Sequence record: NC_047899.1
Source of the DNA: Escherichia phage VEc3
Length of the DNA: 44,895 nt
Strand: one strand, 5' to 3'
Shown here: positions 34,917 to 42,455 of the stretch, piece after piece
Layout: each line of letters opens with the position of its first letter
How positions within the stretch are numbered: position 1 is the first letter of the stretch
Made by a program: the position numbers and the translations under genes
Notes under the pieces: generated by a model
Told to the model about the DNA's origin: nothing
What the model saw: the letters and a program-made list of their open reading frames with translations, nothing else
The model's database searches: none

Positions 34917-35878
34917 TGAGTTATACTTTCACAGAACATATAGCCAACGGTACGCAAGTAACCTATCCCTTTAGCTTTGCTGGTAGGGATAAAGGTTATC
35001 TTCGTGCCTCAGATGTGATAGTGGAGTCTCTTCAAGGTAACACTTGGATTGAGGTTACATCTGGCTGGCAACTAACTGGCACGCACCAGATTACTTTTGA
35101 TGTAGCACCAGTTGCAGGTTTGAAGTTCCGTATTCGAAGGGAAGTACAAAAGGAGTATCCATACGCTGAGTTTGACCGTGGTGTTACCTTGGATATGAAG
35201 TCTTTAAATGGTTCTTTCATTCATATACTGGAGATTACACAGGAGTTACTTGACGGGTTTTATCCAGAAGGATACTTCATTAAACAGAATGTAAGCTGGG
35301 GCGGCAATAAGATTACTGATTTGGCTGATGGCACAAATCCTGGAGATGCAGTAAATAAAGGGCAGCTTGATGCCATCGACAAGAAGCATACAGATTGGAA
35401 CGCCAAACAGGACATTGAGATTGCTGGCCTTAAGGCTGGTATGACTTCTGGTATTGCGCACAGTTCTATTCCTTGGTACACGATAGCCAAAGGTGGTGAG
35501 GTTTCCGTAAAACCACCTTATGAATTTCAAGATGCACTAGTTTCCCTTAATGGGGTATTGCAGCACCAAATTGTAGGCGCATACTCTATAAGCAACAACA
35601 CTATCACTTTCGCAGAGCCGCTTGTGGCGGGTACAGAGGTGTATGTGGTGATTGGTAGTCGTGTGGCTACATCTGAACCTACTATTCAGTCAGAGTTGAA
35701 CTTTGACTTAATAGAAGGCCAACAAGTAGTACAGATTGGCTCTGCATTTAAGTACATTGAGGTCTACCTTGATGGATTATTACAACCTAAACTTGCTTAT
35801 CAGGTAGACGGTGACATTGTTACTTTCTCAGAAAGAGTACCAGAATGCCGGATGACTGCTAAGATTATCACAGCATAA
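34916..35878 (+). CDS. Tail fiber/tailspike adaptor protein (gp17 N-domain-like)
   Basis: 320 aa; N-terminal region resembles the T7 gp17 tail-attachment domain. Confidence 0.7.
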   Translation: MSYTFTEHIANGTQVTYPFSFAGRDKGYLRASDVIVESLQGNTWIEVTSGWQLTGTHQITFDVAPVAGLKFRIRREVQKEYPYAEFDRGVTLDMKSLNGSFIHILEITQELLDGFYPEGYFIKQNVSWGGNKITDLADGTNPGDAVNKGQLDAIDKKHTDWNAKQDIEIAGLKAGMTSGIAHSSIPWYTIAKGGEVSVKPPYEFQDALVSLNGVLQHQIVGAYSISNNTITFAEPLVAGTEVYVVIGSRVATSEPTIQSELNFDLIEGQQVVQIGSAFKYIEVYLDGLLQPKLAYQVDGDIVTFSERVPECRMTAKIITA

Positions 35879-35887
35879 GGAGGTGGG

Positions 35888-36082
35888 ATGATTAACTCCG
35901 AACTGGTAGATAGTGGTGTGAAGCTTGCGCCACCTGCACTCGTATCAGGTGGGTACTTCCTCGGTATCAGTTGGGATAATTGGGTGTTAATAGCAACATT
36001 CATTTATACCGTGTTGCAAATTGGGGACTGGTTTTATAATAAGTTCAAGATTTGGAGGGAGAAGCGTGAGCGTACACAATAA
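35888..36082 (+). CDS. Holin (class II-like)
   Basis: 64 aa; two hydrophobic segments and charged C-terminus KIWREKRERTQ; AAGGAGG RBS. Confidence 0.55.
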   Translation: MINSELVDSGVKLAPPALVSGGYFLGISWDNWVLIATFIYTVLQIGDWFYNKFKIWREKRERTQ

Positions 36083-36365
36083 ACATGCAGCTACAGAGGA
36101 CGAGGTTGGCATTCTGCATGGTGCTATTACCAAAATCTTCAATAAGAAAGCACAGGCAATACTGGACACTATAGAAGAAGACCCTGATGCAGCATTACAT
36201 TTAGTGTCTGGTAAGGATATTGGTGCGATGTGTAAGTGGGTTCTTGATAACGGCATTACCGCCACACCTGCTGCACAGCAGGAAGAGTCCAAGTTATCTA
36301 AGCGCCTCAAGGCTATCCGAGAGGCATCCAGTGGTAAGATAATTCAGTTTACAAAAGAGGAGTGA
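36066..36365 (+). CDS. Terminase small subunit (gp18-like), start uncertain
   Basis: GTG 36066 with GGAGGG RBS preferred; track ATG 36021 is the alternative; position between holin and terminase large subunit. Confidence 0.45.
   Translation: MSVHNKHAATEDEVGILHGAITKIFNKKAQAILDTIEEDPDAALHLVSGKDIGAMCKWVLDNGITATPAAQQEESKLSKRLKAIREASSGKIIQFTKEE
36157..36179 (+). promoter_or_regulatory. Phage RNAP promoter embedded in the terminase small subunit CDS
   Basis: GGCAATACTGGACACTATAGAAGAAG; +1 G at 36174; encodes ...AILDTIEED. Confidence 0.55.
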
Positions 36366-36366
36366 T

Positions 36367-36810
36367 ATGCATAGATGGTGTGAATCTCAAGGTTATACCA
36401 TCTTACCTTCTGGTGTCATCCTTTCAAAGGGTGGCACCCCTCTCAAACCATTCAAGGCGGGTAGGGGTTATTTAGCAGTTAAAATTAAAAATAAAGAAGG
36501 TAAATGGCGTAATGTCTATGTTCATCAATTAGTGGCTTATAAGTATTTACCTAAAACTAATAATGAAGTAAACCACAAAGACGGCGATAAGCACAACAAT
36601 GATGTTAGCAACTTGGAGTGGGTAACAAGAAGCGAGAATAACTATTTAAAATGCAATGGAAATGATAGGAGTGCCTTAAATAGCTATTTAGCAAGATTAA
36701 AAGATTGCTTCTTGCAAGGTAAGGGTGTAGCAGAAACCGCTAGACTTACTGGTAAAAGTGAACCAAGAGTTTCTTCTCTCTTTAAGGAGTGGCGAAATGG
36801 CAAAGGCTAG
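36367..36810 (+). CDS. HNH homing endonuclease inserted between the terminase genes
   Basis: 147 aa; VNHKDGDKHNNDVSNLEWVTRSENN motif; strongly AT-rich; paralogous in design to the HNH at 6396. Confidence 0.85.
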   Translation: MHRWCESQGYTILPSGVILSKGGTPLKPFKAGRGYLAVKIKNKEGKWRNVYVHQLVAYKYLPKTNNEVNHKDGDKHNNDVSNLEWVTRSENNYLKCNGNDRSALNSYLARLKDCFLQGKGVAETARLTGKSEPRVSSLFKEWRNGKG

Positions 36811-38695
36811 AGAATCACAGGCAGAGGCATTAAAGCGGTGGGAAAACCTTAAAGAACTACAAGACACTTTTAAATATACAGCGGAAGGTTTGCTTCTCTT
36901 TGCAGATACAGTTATTCATAACTTAATTGCAGGCAACCCTCATCTGATTCGTATGCAGGCGGATATCTTGAAGTTCCTATTTTACGGACACAAGTACCGC
37001 CTCATCGAAGCGCCTCGTGGTATCGCTAAGACAACACTATCAGCAATCTATACGGTATTCCGTATTATTCATGAACCGCATAAGCGTATCATGGTTGTGT
37101 CCCAAAACGCCAAGCGAGCAGAGGAAATCGCAGGTTGGGTAGTTAAAATCTTCCGTGGCTTAGACTTTCTTGAGTTTATGCTGCCGGATATCTACGCTGG
37201 GGACCGTGCATCCGTTAAGGCGTTTGAGATTCATTACACCCTACGTGGTAGTGATAAGTCTCCTTCTGTATCCTGTTACTCAATCGAAGCAGGTATGCAG
37301 GGTGCTCGTGCTGATATTATTCTAGCGGATGACGTAGAGTCGATGCAGAATGCTCGTACGGCAGCGGGCCGTGCCTTGCTTGAGGAACTGACTAAGGAGT
37401 TTGAATCTATCAACCAGTTTGGGGATATCATTTACCTTGGTACACCTCAGAACGTAAACTCTATCTACAACAACCTACCTGCTCGTGGTTACTCTGTTCG
37501 TATCTGGACTGCGCGTTACCCTTCAGTAGAGCAAGAGCAATGTTATGGCGACTTCCTTGCACCTATGATTGTTCAAGATATGAAGGACAACCCAGCACTT
37601 CGCTCAGGGTACGGGTTGGATGGTAATAGTGGTGCACCTTGTGCCCCTGAAATGTATGATGATGAAGTCCTGATTGAGAAGGAAATCTCTCAGGGTGCTG
37701 CTAAGTTCCAGCTTCAGTTCATGCTTAACACTCGCATGATGGATGCTGACAGATACCCATTACGCCTGAACAATCTAATCTTCACCTCGTTTGGTACAGA
37801 GGAAGTCCCTGTGATGCCTACGTGGAGTAATGATTCCATAAACATCATTGGTGATGCACCTAAGTACGGTAACAAGCCTACGGATTTCATGTACAGACCT
37901 GTAGCTCGCCCATACGAATGGGGTGCTGTCTCCCGCAAGATTATGTATATTGACCCTGCGGGTGGTGGTAAGAACGGAGATGAGACGGGTGTAGCCATCG
38001 TATTCCTGCACGGCACATTCATTTATGTGTATCAGTGCTTTGGTGTACCTGGCGGATACCGAGAGTCGTCCCTGAATCGCATTGTGCAGGCCGCAAAGCA
38101 GGCGGGTGTTAAAGAGGTATTCATTGAGAAGAACTTTGGTCATGGCGCGTTTGAGGCGGTAATTAAGCCGTACTTTGAACGAGAGTGGCCTGTAACTCTG
38201 GAAGAAGATTACGCCACCGGACAGAAAGAATTGCGTATCATTGAGACGCTGGAGCCGCTCATGGCAGCCCATAGGCTTATCTTCAATGCAGAGATGGTGA
38301 AGTCAGACTTTGAGTCGGTACAGCACTATCCGCTTGAACTACGCATGTCCTACAGTCTTTTCAATCAAATGTCGAACATAACGATTGAGAAGAACAGCCT
38401 ACGGCACGATGACCGCCTAGACGCCCTGTATGGTGCTATACGGCAATTAACTTCTCAGATAGACTATGACGAGGTTACACGGATTAATCGCCTCAGAGCG
38501 CAGGAGATGCGAGATTACATCCATGCTATGAACACACCTCATCTACGCAGGGCAATGCTATATGGGGATTACGGTACTGAGCGAAGAGTGACCAACACTT
38601 CCGTAGCGATGCAGCAGCGAGTTTACGGGCAGAGCTACCGAAATAAATCGGCAAGCAGAAATACACTTTCTGCAAGGATTTCAAGGACTTATTAA
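36797..38695 (+). CDS. Terminase large subunit (gp19-like)
   Basis: Walker A-like GIAKTT, YLGTPQ, FMLN, HDDRLDAL blocks as in T7 gp19; ATG 36797 with AAGGAG RBS preferred over track start 36758. Confidence 0.92.
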   Translation: MAKARESQAEALKRWENLKELQDTFKYTAEGLLLFADTVIHNLIAGNPHLIRMQADILKFLFYGHKYRLIEAPRGIAKTTLSAIYTVFRIIHEPHKRIMVVSQNAKRAEEIAGWVVKIFRGLDFLEFMLPDIYAGDRASVKAFEIHYTLRGSDKSPSVSCYSIEAGMQGARADIILADDVESMQNARTAAGRALLEELTKEFESINQFGDIIYLGTPQNVNSIYNNLPARGYSVRIWTARYPSVEQEQCYGDFLAPMIVQDMKDNPALRSGYGLDGNSGAPCAPEMYDDEVLIEKEISQGAAKFQLQFMLNTRMMDADRYPLRLNNLIFTSFGTEEVPVMPTWSNDSINIIGDAPKYGNKPTDFMYRPVARPYEWGAVSRKIMYIDPAGGGKNGDETGVAIVFLHGTFIYVYQCFGVPGGYRESSLNRIVQAAKQAGVKEVFIEKNFGHGAFEAVIKPYFEREWPVTLEEDYATGQKELRIIETLEPLMAAHRLIFNAEMVKSDFESVQHYPLELRMSYSLFNQMSNITIEKNSLRHDDRLDALYGAIRQLTSQIDYDEVTRINRLRAQEMRDYIHAMNTPHLRRAMLYGDYGTERRVTNTSVAMQQRVYGQSYRNKSASRNTLSARISRTY

Positions 38696-38716
38696 TTACT
38701 GGACACTATAGAAGGA
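38694..38716 (+). promoter_or_regulatory. Phage RNAP promoter (AATTACTGGACACTATAGAAGGA)
   Basis: Consensus core; +1 G at 38711; leader contains hairpin GGGTGTAC-TCCT-GTACACCC. Confidence 0.7.
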
Positions 38717-38860
38717 AGGCCCAGATAATAAGAGAAAATAATAGGTAATATATAGGTTAACCTAGGTTATATAGGTATGCCTTAGTATGGGTGTACTCCT
38801 GTACACCCTATTCATTACTACCTTACTACCTTACTATATTTACATAATAGGAGAGAGACA

Positions 38861-39139
38861 ATGGCTAATGATTATAGTAGTCAACCATTAACAGGTAAGT
38901 CTAAGAGAAAGCAGGTACAACTTGTAAGTGAAGAACTAATGCTTCCGGTAATCAAAAAAGAGGAAGCTAGTAAGAAAAGCAATGTCATTAATGATGCCAC
39001 CAAATCAGGTAAACAGAAAGGGGCCATGGTGTGCCTTGAAGCGGAAGGTGGTGTATTGAAGATTGCTATCGCGGTTGATGGCAAAGAAGATTCAGAGTGG
39101 AAGTTAGTAACAGTGGGAACCACTGTTACCCCAGTTTAA
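38861..39139 (+). CDS. Small protein, paralog A (92 aa)
   Basis: Shares SGKQKGAMV-LE...IA-A...W...TP with the adjacent ORF; strong RBS. Confidence 0.6.
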   Translation: MANDYSSQPLTGKSKRKQVQLVSEELMLPVIKKEEASKKSNVINDATKSGKQKGAMVCLEAEGGVLKIAIAVDGKEDSEWKLVTVGTTVTPV

Positions 39140-39157
39140 GAGAAGGAGGAAGATTAC

Positions 39158-39448
39158 ATGGCTGAATATGGTACTACAGGTTCTGTTACGGGTCAGGCTT
39201 TTAGAGTGAAAGCAGTACAAACTGTTGCAACGGCAATCCCGATGCCTGTTGTTAAAGAAGAAGACCTTAAGAGTAAAGATCACCCTATCAACATCAAACA
39301 TTTATCAGGTAAACAGAAAGGTGCAATGGTTGCTCTTGAGAAAAAGAACACAACCTTACATATTGCTGTTGCACATGGTAGTGAACCAACAGACCCTTGG
39401 TATGTAACTAGCATGGAATCGCTCGCTGTCACTCCAGCAGGTGGATAA
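39158..39448 (+). CDS. Small protein, paralog B (96 aa)
   Basis: Paralogous to 38861-39139; AAGGAGG RBS. Confidence 0.6.
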   Translation: MAEYGTTGSVTGQAFRVKAVQTVATAIPMPVVKEEDLKSKDHPINIKHLSGKQKGAMVALEKKNTTLHIAVAHGSEPTDPWYVTSMESLAVTPAGG

Positions 39449-39450
39449 TA

Positions 39451-39795
39451 ATGCTTAACAAATACTTCAAGCGCCGGGAGTTCGCTTGCCGTTGTGGGTG
39501 CGGTACATCCACTGTTGATGCTGAATTACTACAGGTAGTCACAGATGTGCGTGAGCACTTTGGTTCTCCTGTAGTTATCACTTCGGGGCACCGCTGTGCT
39601 AAGCATAATGCTAATGTAGGAGGGGCTAAGAACTCCATGCATCTTACTGGTAAGGCTGCTGACATTAAGGTGTCTGGTGTTGGCCCAATGGAGGTACGTG
39701 CATACCTCTGCAATAAATACCATGATAAGTACGGTATTGGTGCTTATCCTACTTTTACCCATATCGACGTTAGAGATAACAAAGCAAGATGGTAA
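39451..39795 (+). CDS. Endolysin, zinc peptidase M15 family
   Basis: 114 aa; SGHRCAKHN...SMHLTGKAADI...H-D pattern typical of M15 zinc peptidases. Confidence 0.8.
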   Translation: MLNKYFKRREFACRCGCGTSTVDAELLQVVTDVREHFGSPVVITSGHRCAKHNANVGGAKNSMHLTGKAADIKVSGVGPMEVRAYLCNKYHDKYGIGAYPTFTHIDVRDNKARW

Positions 39796-39903
39796 GATGC
39801 ATTGAATGGTGTGAACGCATGGTTGCTAAGGCTTCAGAGGAAGGTAATTATGAAGATTGGCAGAACTACTCAACTTTATTAGCACAATGGAAAGGGAGGT
39901 GCA

Positions 39904-40053
39904 ATGAAAAAGCTGTTCAAATCTAAGAAGGTTGTAGGTGCACTAGTTGCATTGGCAATTGCTCTTGTTTCTGTAGGTCTTGGTGTAGACCTTGGCTCTG
40001 GCACGGAATCCTCTGTGACAGATGTGGTCTGCCAAGTGATCACCTGTGAATAA
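39904..40053 (+). CDS. Small membrane protein (49 aa)
   Basis: AAGGGAGG RBS; N-terminal TM helix VVGALVALAIALVSVGLGV; C-terminal CxxxxC. Confidence 0.45.
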   Translation: MKKLFKSKKVVGALVALAIALVSVGLGVDLGSGTESSVTDVVCQVITCE

Positions 40054-40267
40054 GTTTCTAGAAGTTCTGGCAGGTCTTATTGGCCTGCTTGTCTCTGCTA
40101 AGAAGAAACAAGAAGAGAAGGAGGCACAAAGTGAAGCGAATCATGTTAGTGACAACCCTTCTGATTGGTTCGCTGACCACTTCCGGGTGTCAGCAGGCGT
40201 TACCAGAGAAAGCAATGGTGAAACCTCTGAGGCCGACGCTGACGGAAGTTTACGAGGTAGACGATAA
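40046..40267 (+). CDS. Candidate i-spanin (Rz-like), GTG start
   Basis: Track ORF; N-terminal TM segment FLEVLAGLIGLLVSA; contains the lipoprotein ORF in another frame. Confidence 0.35.
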   Translation: MNKFLEVLAGLIGLLVSAKKKQEEKEAQSEANHVSDNPSDWFADHFRVSAGVTRESNGETSEADADGSLRGRR

Positions 40268-40340
40268 GGTCTGCTTTAGTAAGCCTGACGCTACAAAATT
40301 AGGTTTGTATATTCTTTCGCTGGAACGCGGATATAATTAA
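40143..40340 (+). CDS. Candidate o-spanin (Rz1-like lipoprotein)
   Basis: MLVTTLLIGSLTTSGC lipobox-like signal, Pro-rich mature part, C-terminal Cys; nested in the 40046 ORF. Confidence 0.4.
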   Translation: MLVTTLLIGSLTTSGCQQALPEKAMVKPLRPTLTEVYEVDDKVCFSKPDATKLGLYILSLERGYN

Positions 40341-40369
40341 TACATAGCTTTATGTATCAGTGTCTTACG

Positions 40370-40392
40370 ATTTACTGGACAATATAGAAGAG
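40370..40392 (+). promoter_or_regulatory. Phage RNAP promoter variant (ATTTACTGGACAATATAGAAGAG)
   Basis: Single C to A change at -5; +1 G at 40387; upstream of tailspike 1. Confidence 0.55.
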
Positions 40393-40471
40393 ATAAGATA
40401 GCGCCGTTCTTTTGAGCGGCCTATTACTAGCCAATCTTCATAGGGAGGGTTGGAAAGTAATAGGAGATAGC

Positions 40472-42370
40472 ATGGCTAAATTAACCAAACCTAATACTGA
40501 AGGAATCTTGCATAAAGGACAATCTTTGTATGAGTACCTTGATGCGAGAGTTTTAACATCAAAGCCGTTTGGTGCTGCAGGTGACGCCACTACTGATGAT
40601 ACGAAGGTTATAGCTGCTTCATTAAACTCTCAGAAAGCTGTCACAGTCTCAGATGGTGTATTCTCTAGCTCTGGTATTAATAGTAATTACTGTAACTTAG
40701 ACGGTAGAGGTAGTGGCGTGCTAAGTCACCGTTCCAGTACAGGTAACTACTTAGTATTTAACAATCTACGTGCAGGTCGCTTAAGTAATATTACGGTAGA
40801 AAGTAATAAGGCGACTGATACAACTCAGGGACAGCAGGTATCTCTTGCTGGTGGAAGTGATGTTACTGTAAGTGACGTTAACTTCTCAAACGTTAAAGGT
40901 ACTGGTTTCAGTTTAATCGCATACCCTAATGATGCGCCACCTGATGGACTTATGATTAAAGGCATTCGAGGTAGCTATTCAGGCTATGCTACTAATAAGG
41001 CAGCCGGATGCGTACTTGCTGACTCCTCAGTTAACTCCCTCATAGATAACGTCATTGCTAAGAACTACCCTCGGTTCGGAGCAGTAGAGTTGAAAGGTAC
41101 AGCCAGTTACAACATAGTCAGTAATGTTATAGGGGCAGATTGCCAGCATGTAACTTACAACGGCACTGAAGGGCCAATAGCTCCTTCTAATAACCTTATC
41201 AAGGGGGTGATGGCTAATAACCCTAAGTATGCAGCGGTTGTTGCAGGCAAAGGAAGTACGAACTTAATCTCAGACGTGCTAGTAGATTACTCAACTTCTG
41301 ATGCTAGGCAGGCTCATGGTGTTACCGTAGAAGGGTCTGATAACGTCATAAATAATGTGCTTATGTCAGGATGTGATGGTACTAACTCTTTAGGACAAGT
41401 GCAGACTGCTACAATTGCACGCTTTATAGGTACAGCTAATAACAACTATGCGTCTGTATTTCCTAGCTACAGTGCTACAGGTGTTATTACTTTCGAATCC
41501 GGCTCTACCCGTAACTTCGTAGAGGTAAAGCACCCTGGCAGGAGAAACGACCTTCTCAGTTCTGCTAGTACTATTGACGGTGCAGCTACTATTGACGGCA
41601 CTAGTAATAGTAACGTAGTGCACGCACCTGCCTTAGGGCAGTACATAGGTAGTATGTCAGGTAGGTTCGAATGGCGGATTAAGTCCATGTCACTCCCTTC
41701 AGGCGTTCTTACTTCTGCTGATAAGTACAGAATGCTTGGAGATGGTGCTGTGTCATTAGCTGTAGGTGGGGGCACTTCTTCTCAAGTTCGCCTATTTACT
41801 TCTGGTGGTACTTCTCGGACAGTGTCCCTCACCAACGGTAACGTGCGTCTTTCTACCAGTAGCACAGGCTTTTTGCAGTTAGGTGCTGATGCAATGACCC
41901 CAGACAGTACTGGTACATACGCATTAGGTTCCGCCAGTCGAGCATGGTCTGGCGGTTTTACTCAAGCAGCATTCACTGTTACCTCAGATGCTCGGTGTAA
42001 AACAGAACCTCTTACTATCTCAGATGCCTTACTGGATGCTTGGTCTGAAGTTGACTTTGTGCAGTTTCAGTATTTGGATCGTGTTGAGGAGAAGGGTGCA
42101 GACTCAGCTAGATGGCACTTTGGCATCATCGCTCAGCGAGCTAAGGAGGCTTTCGAACGTCACGGTATAGATGCACATCGCTATGGCTTCTTGTGCTTCG
42201 ACAGTTGGGATGATGTATACGAGGAAGATGCCAATGGCTCTCGTAAACTGATTACACCAGCAGGTTCCCGCTACGGTATTCGTTACGAGGAAGTACTGAT
42301 ATTAGAGGCTGCGTTGATGCGGCGGACTATTAAGCGTATGCAGGAAGCACTAGCTGCCCTTCCTAAGTAA
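40472..42370 (+). CDS. Tailspike 1 with C-terminal intramolecular chaperone domain; probable capsule depolymerase
   Basis: 632 aa from ATG 40472 (AGGAG RBS); Ser/Thr/Gly/Asn-rich beta-helix-like body; C-terminal SDARCK...WHFGIIAQRAKEAF...GIRYEEVLILEA matches the self-cleaving chaperone module of endosialidase/K5-lyase tailspikes (by recall). Confidence 0.8.
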   Translation: MAKLTKPNTEGILHKGQSLYEYLDARVLTSKPFGAAGDATTDDTKVIAASLNSQKAVTVSDGVFSSSGINSNYCNLDGRGSGVLSHRSSTGNYLVFNNLRAGRLSNITVESNKATDTTQGQQVSLAGGSDVTVSDVNFSNVKGTGFSLIAYPNDAPPDGLMIKGIRGSYSGYATNKAAGCVLADSSVNSLIDNVIAKNYPRFGAVELKGTASYNIVSNVIGADCQHVTYNGTEGPIAPSNNLIKGVMANNPKYAAVVAGKGSTNLISDVLVDYSTSDARQAHGVTVEGSDNVINNVLMSGCDGTNSLGQVQTATIARFIGTANNNYASVFPSYSATGVITFESGSTRNFVEVKHPGRRNDLLSSASTIDGAATIDGTSNSNVVHAPALGQYIGSMSGRFEWRIKSMSLPSGVLTSADKYRMLGDGAVSLAVGGGTSSQVRLFTSGGTSRTVSLTNGNVRLSTSSTGFLQLGADAMTPDSTGTYALGSASRAWSGGFTQAAFTVTSDARCKTEPLTISDALLDAWSEVDFVQFQYLDRVEEKGADSARWHFGIIAQRAKEAFERHGIDAHRYGFLCFDSWDDVYEEDANGSRKLITPAGSRYGIRYEEVLILEAALMRRTIKRMQEALAALPK

Positions 42371-42377
42371 GCAACAG

Positions 42378-42400
42378 GCAGTGCGTAAGCACTGCTTTTC
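42378..42400 (+). terminator. Hairpin plus T-run between the two tailspike genes
   Basis: GCAGTGC-GTAA-GCACTGC followed by TTTTC. Confidence 0.55.
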
Positions 42401-42455
42401 ACGCAACTTTTCTTAAAGGTTATCATGGTGGTAGCCTTTCAGAAAAGGAGGTTAC

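Noticed and set aside
39819-39926. 35-aa ORF between the endolysin and the 49-aa membrane protein gene
   Set aside because: No RBS, overlaps the better-supported ORF at 39904, and has no distinctive features.
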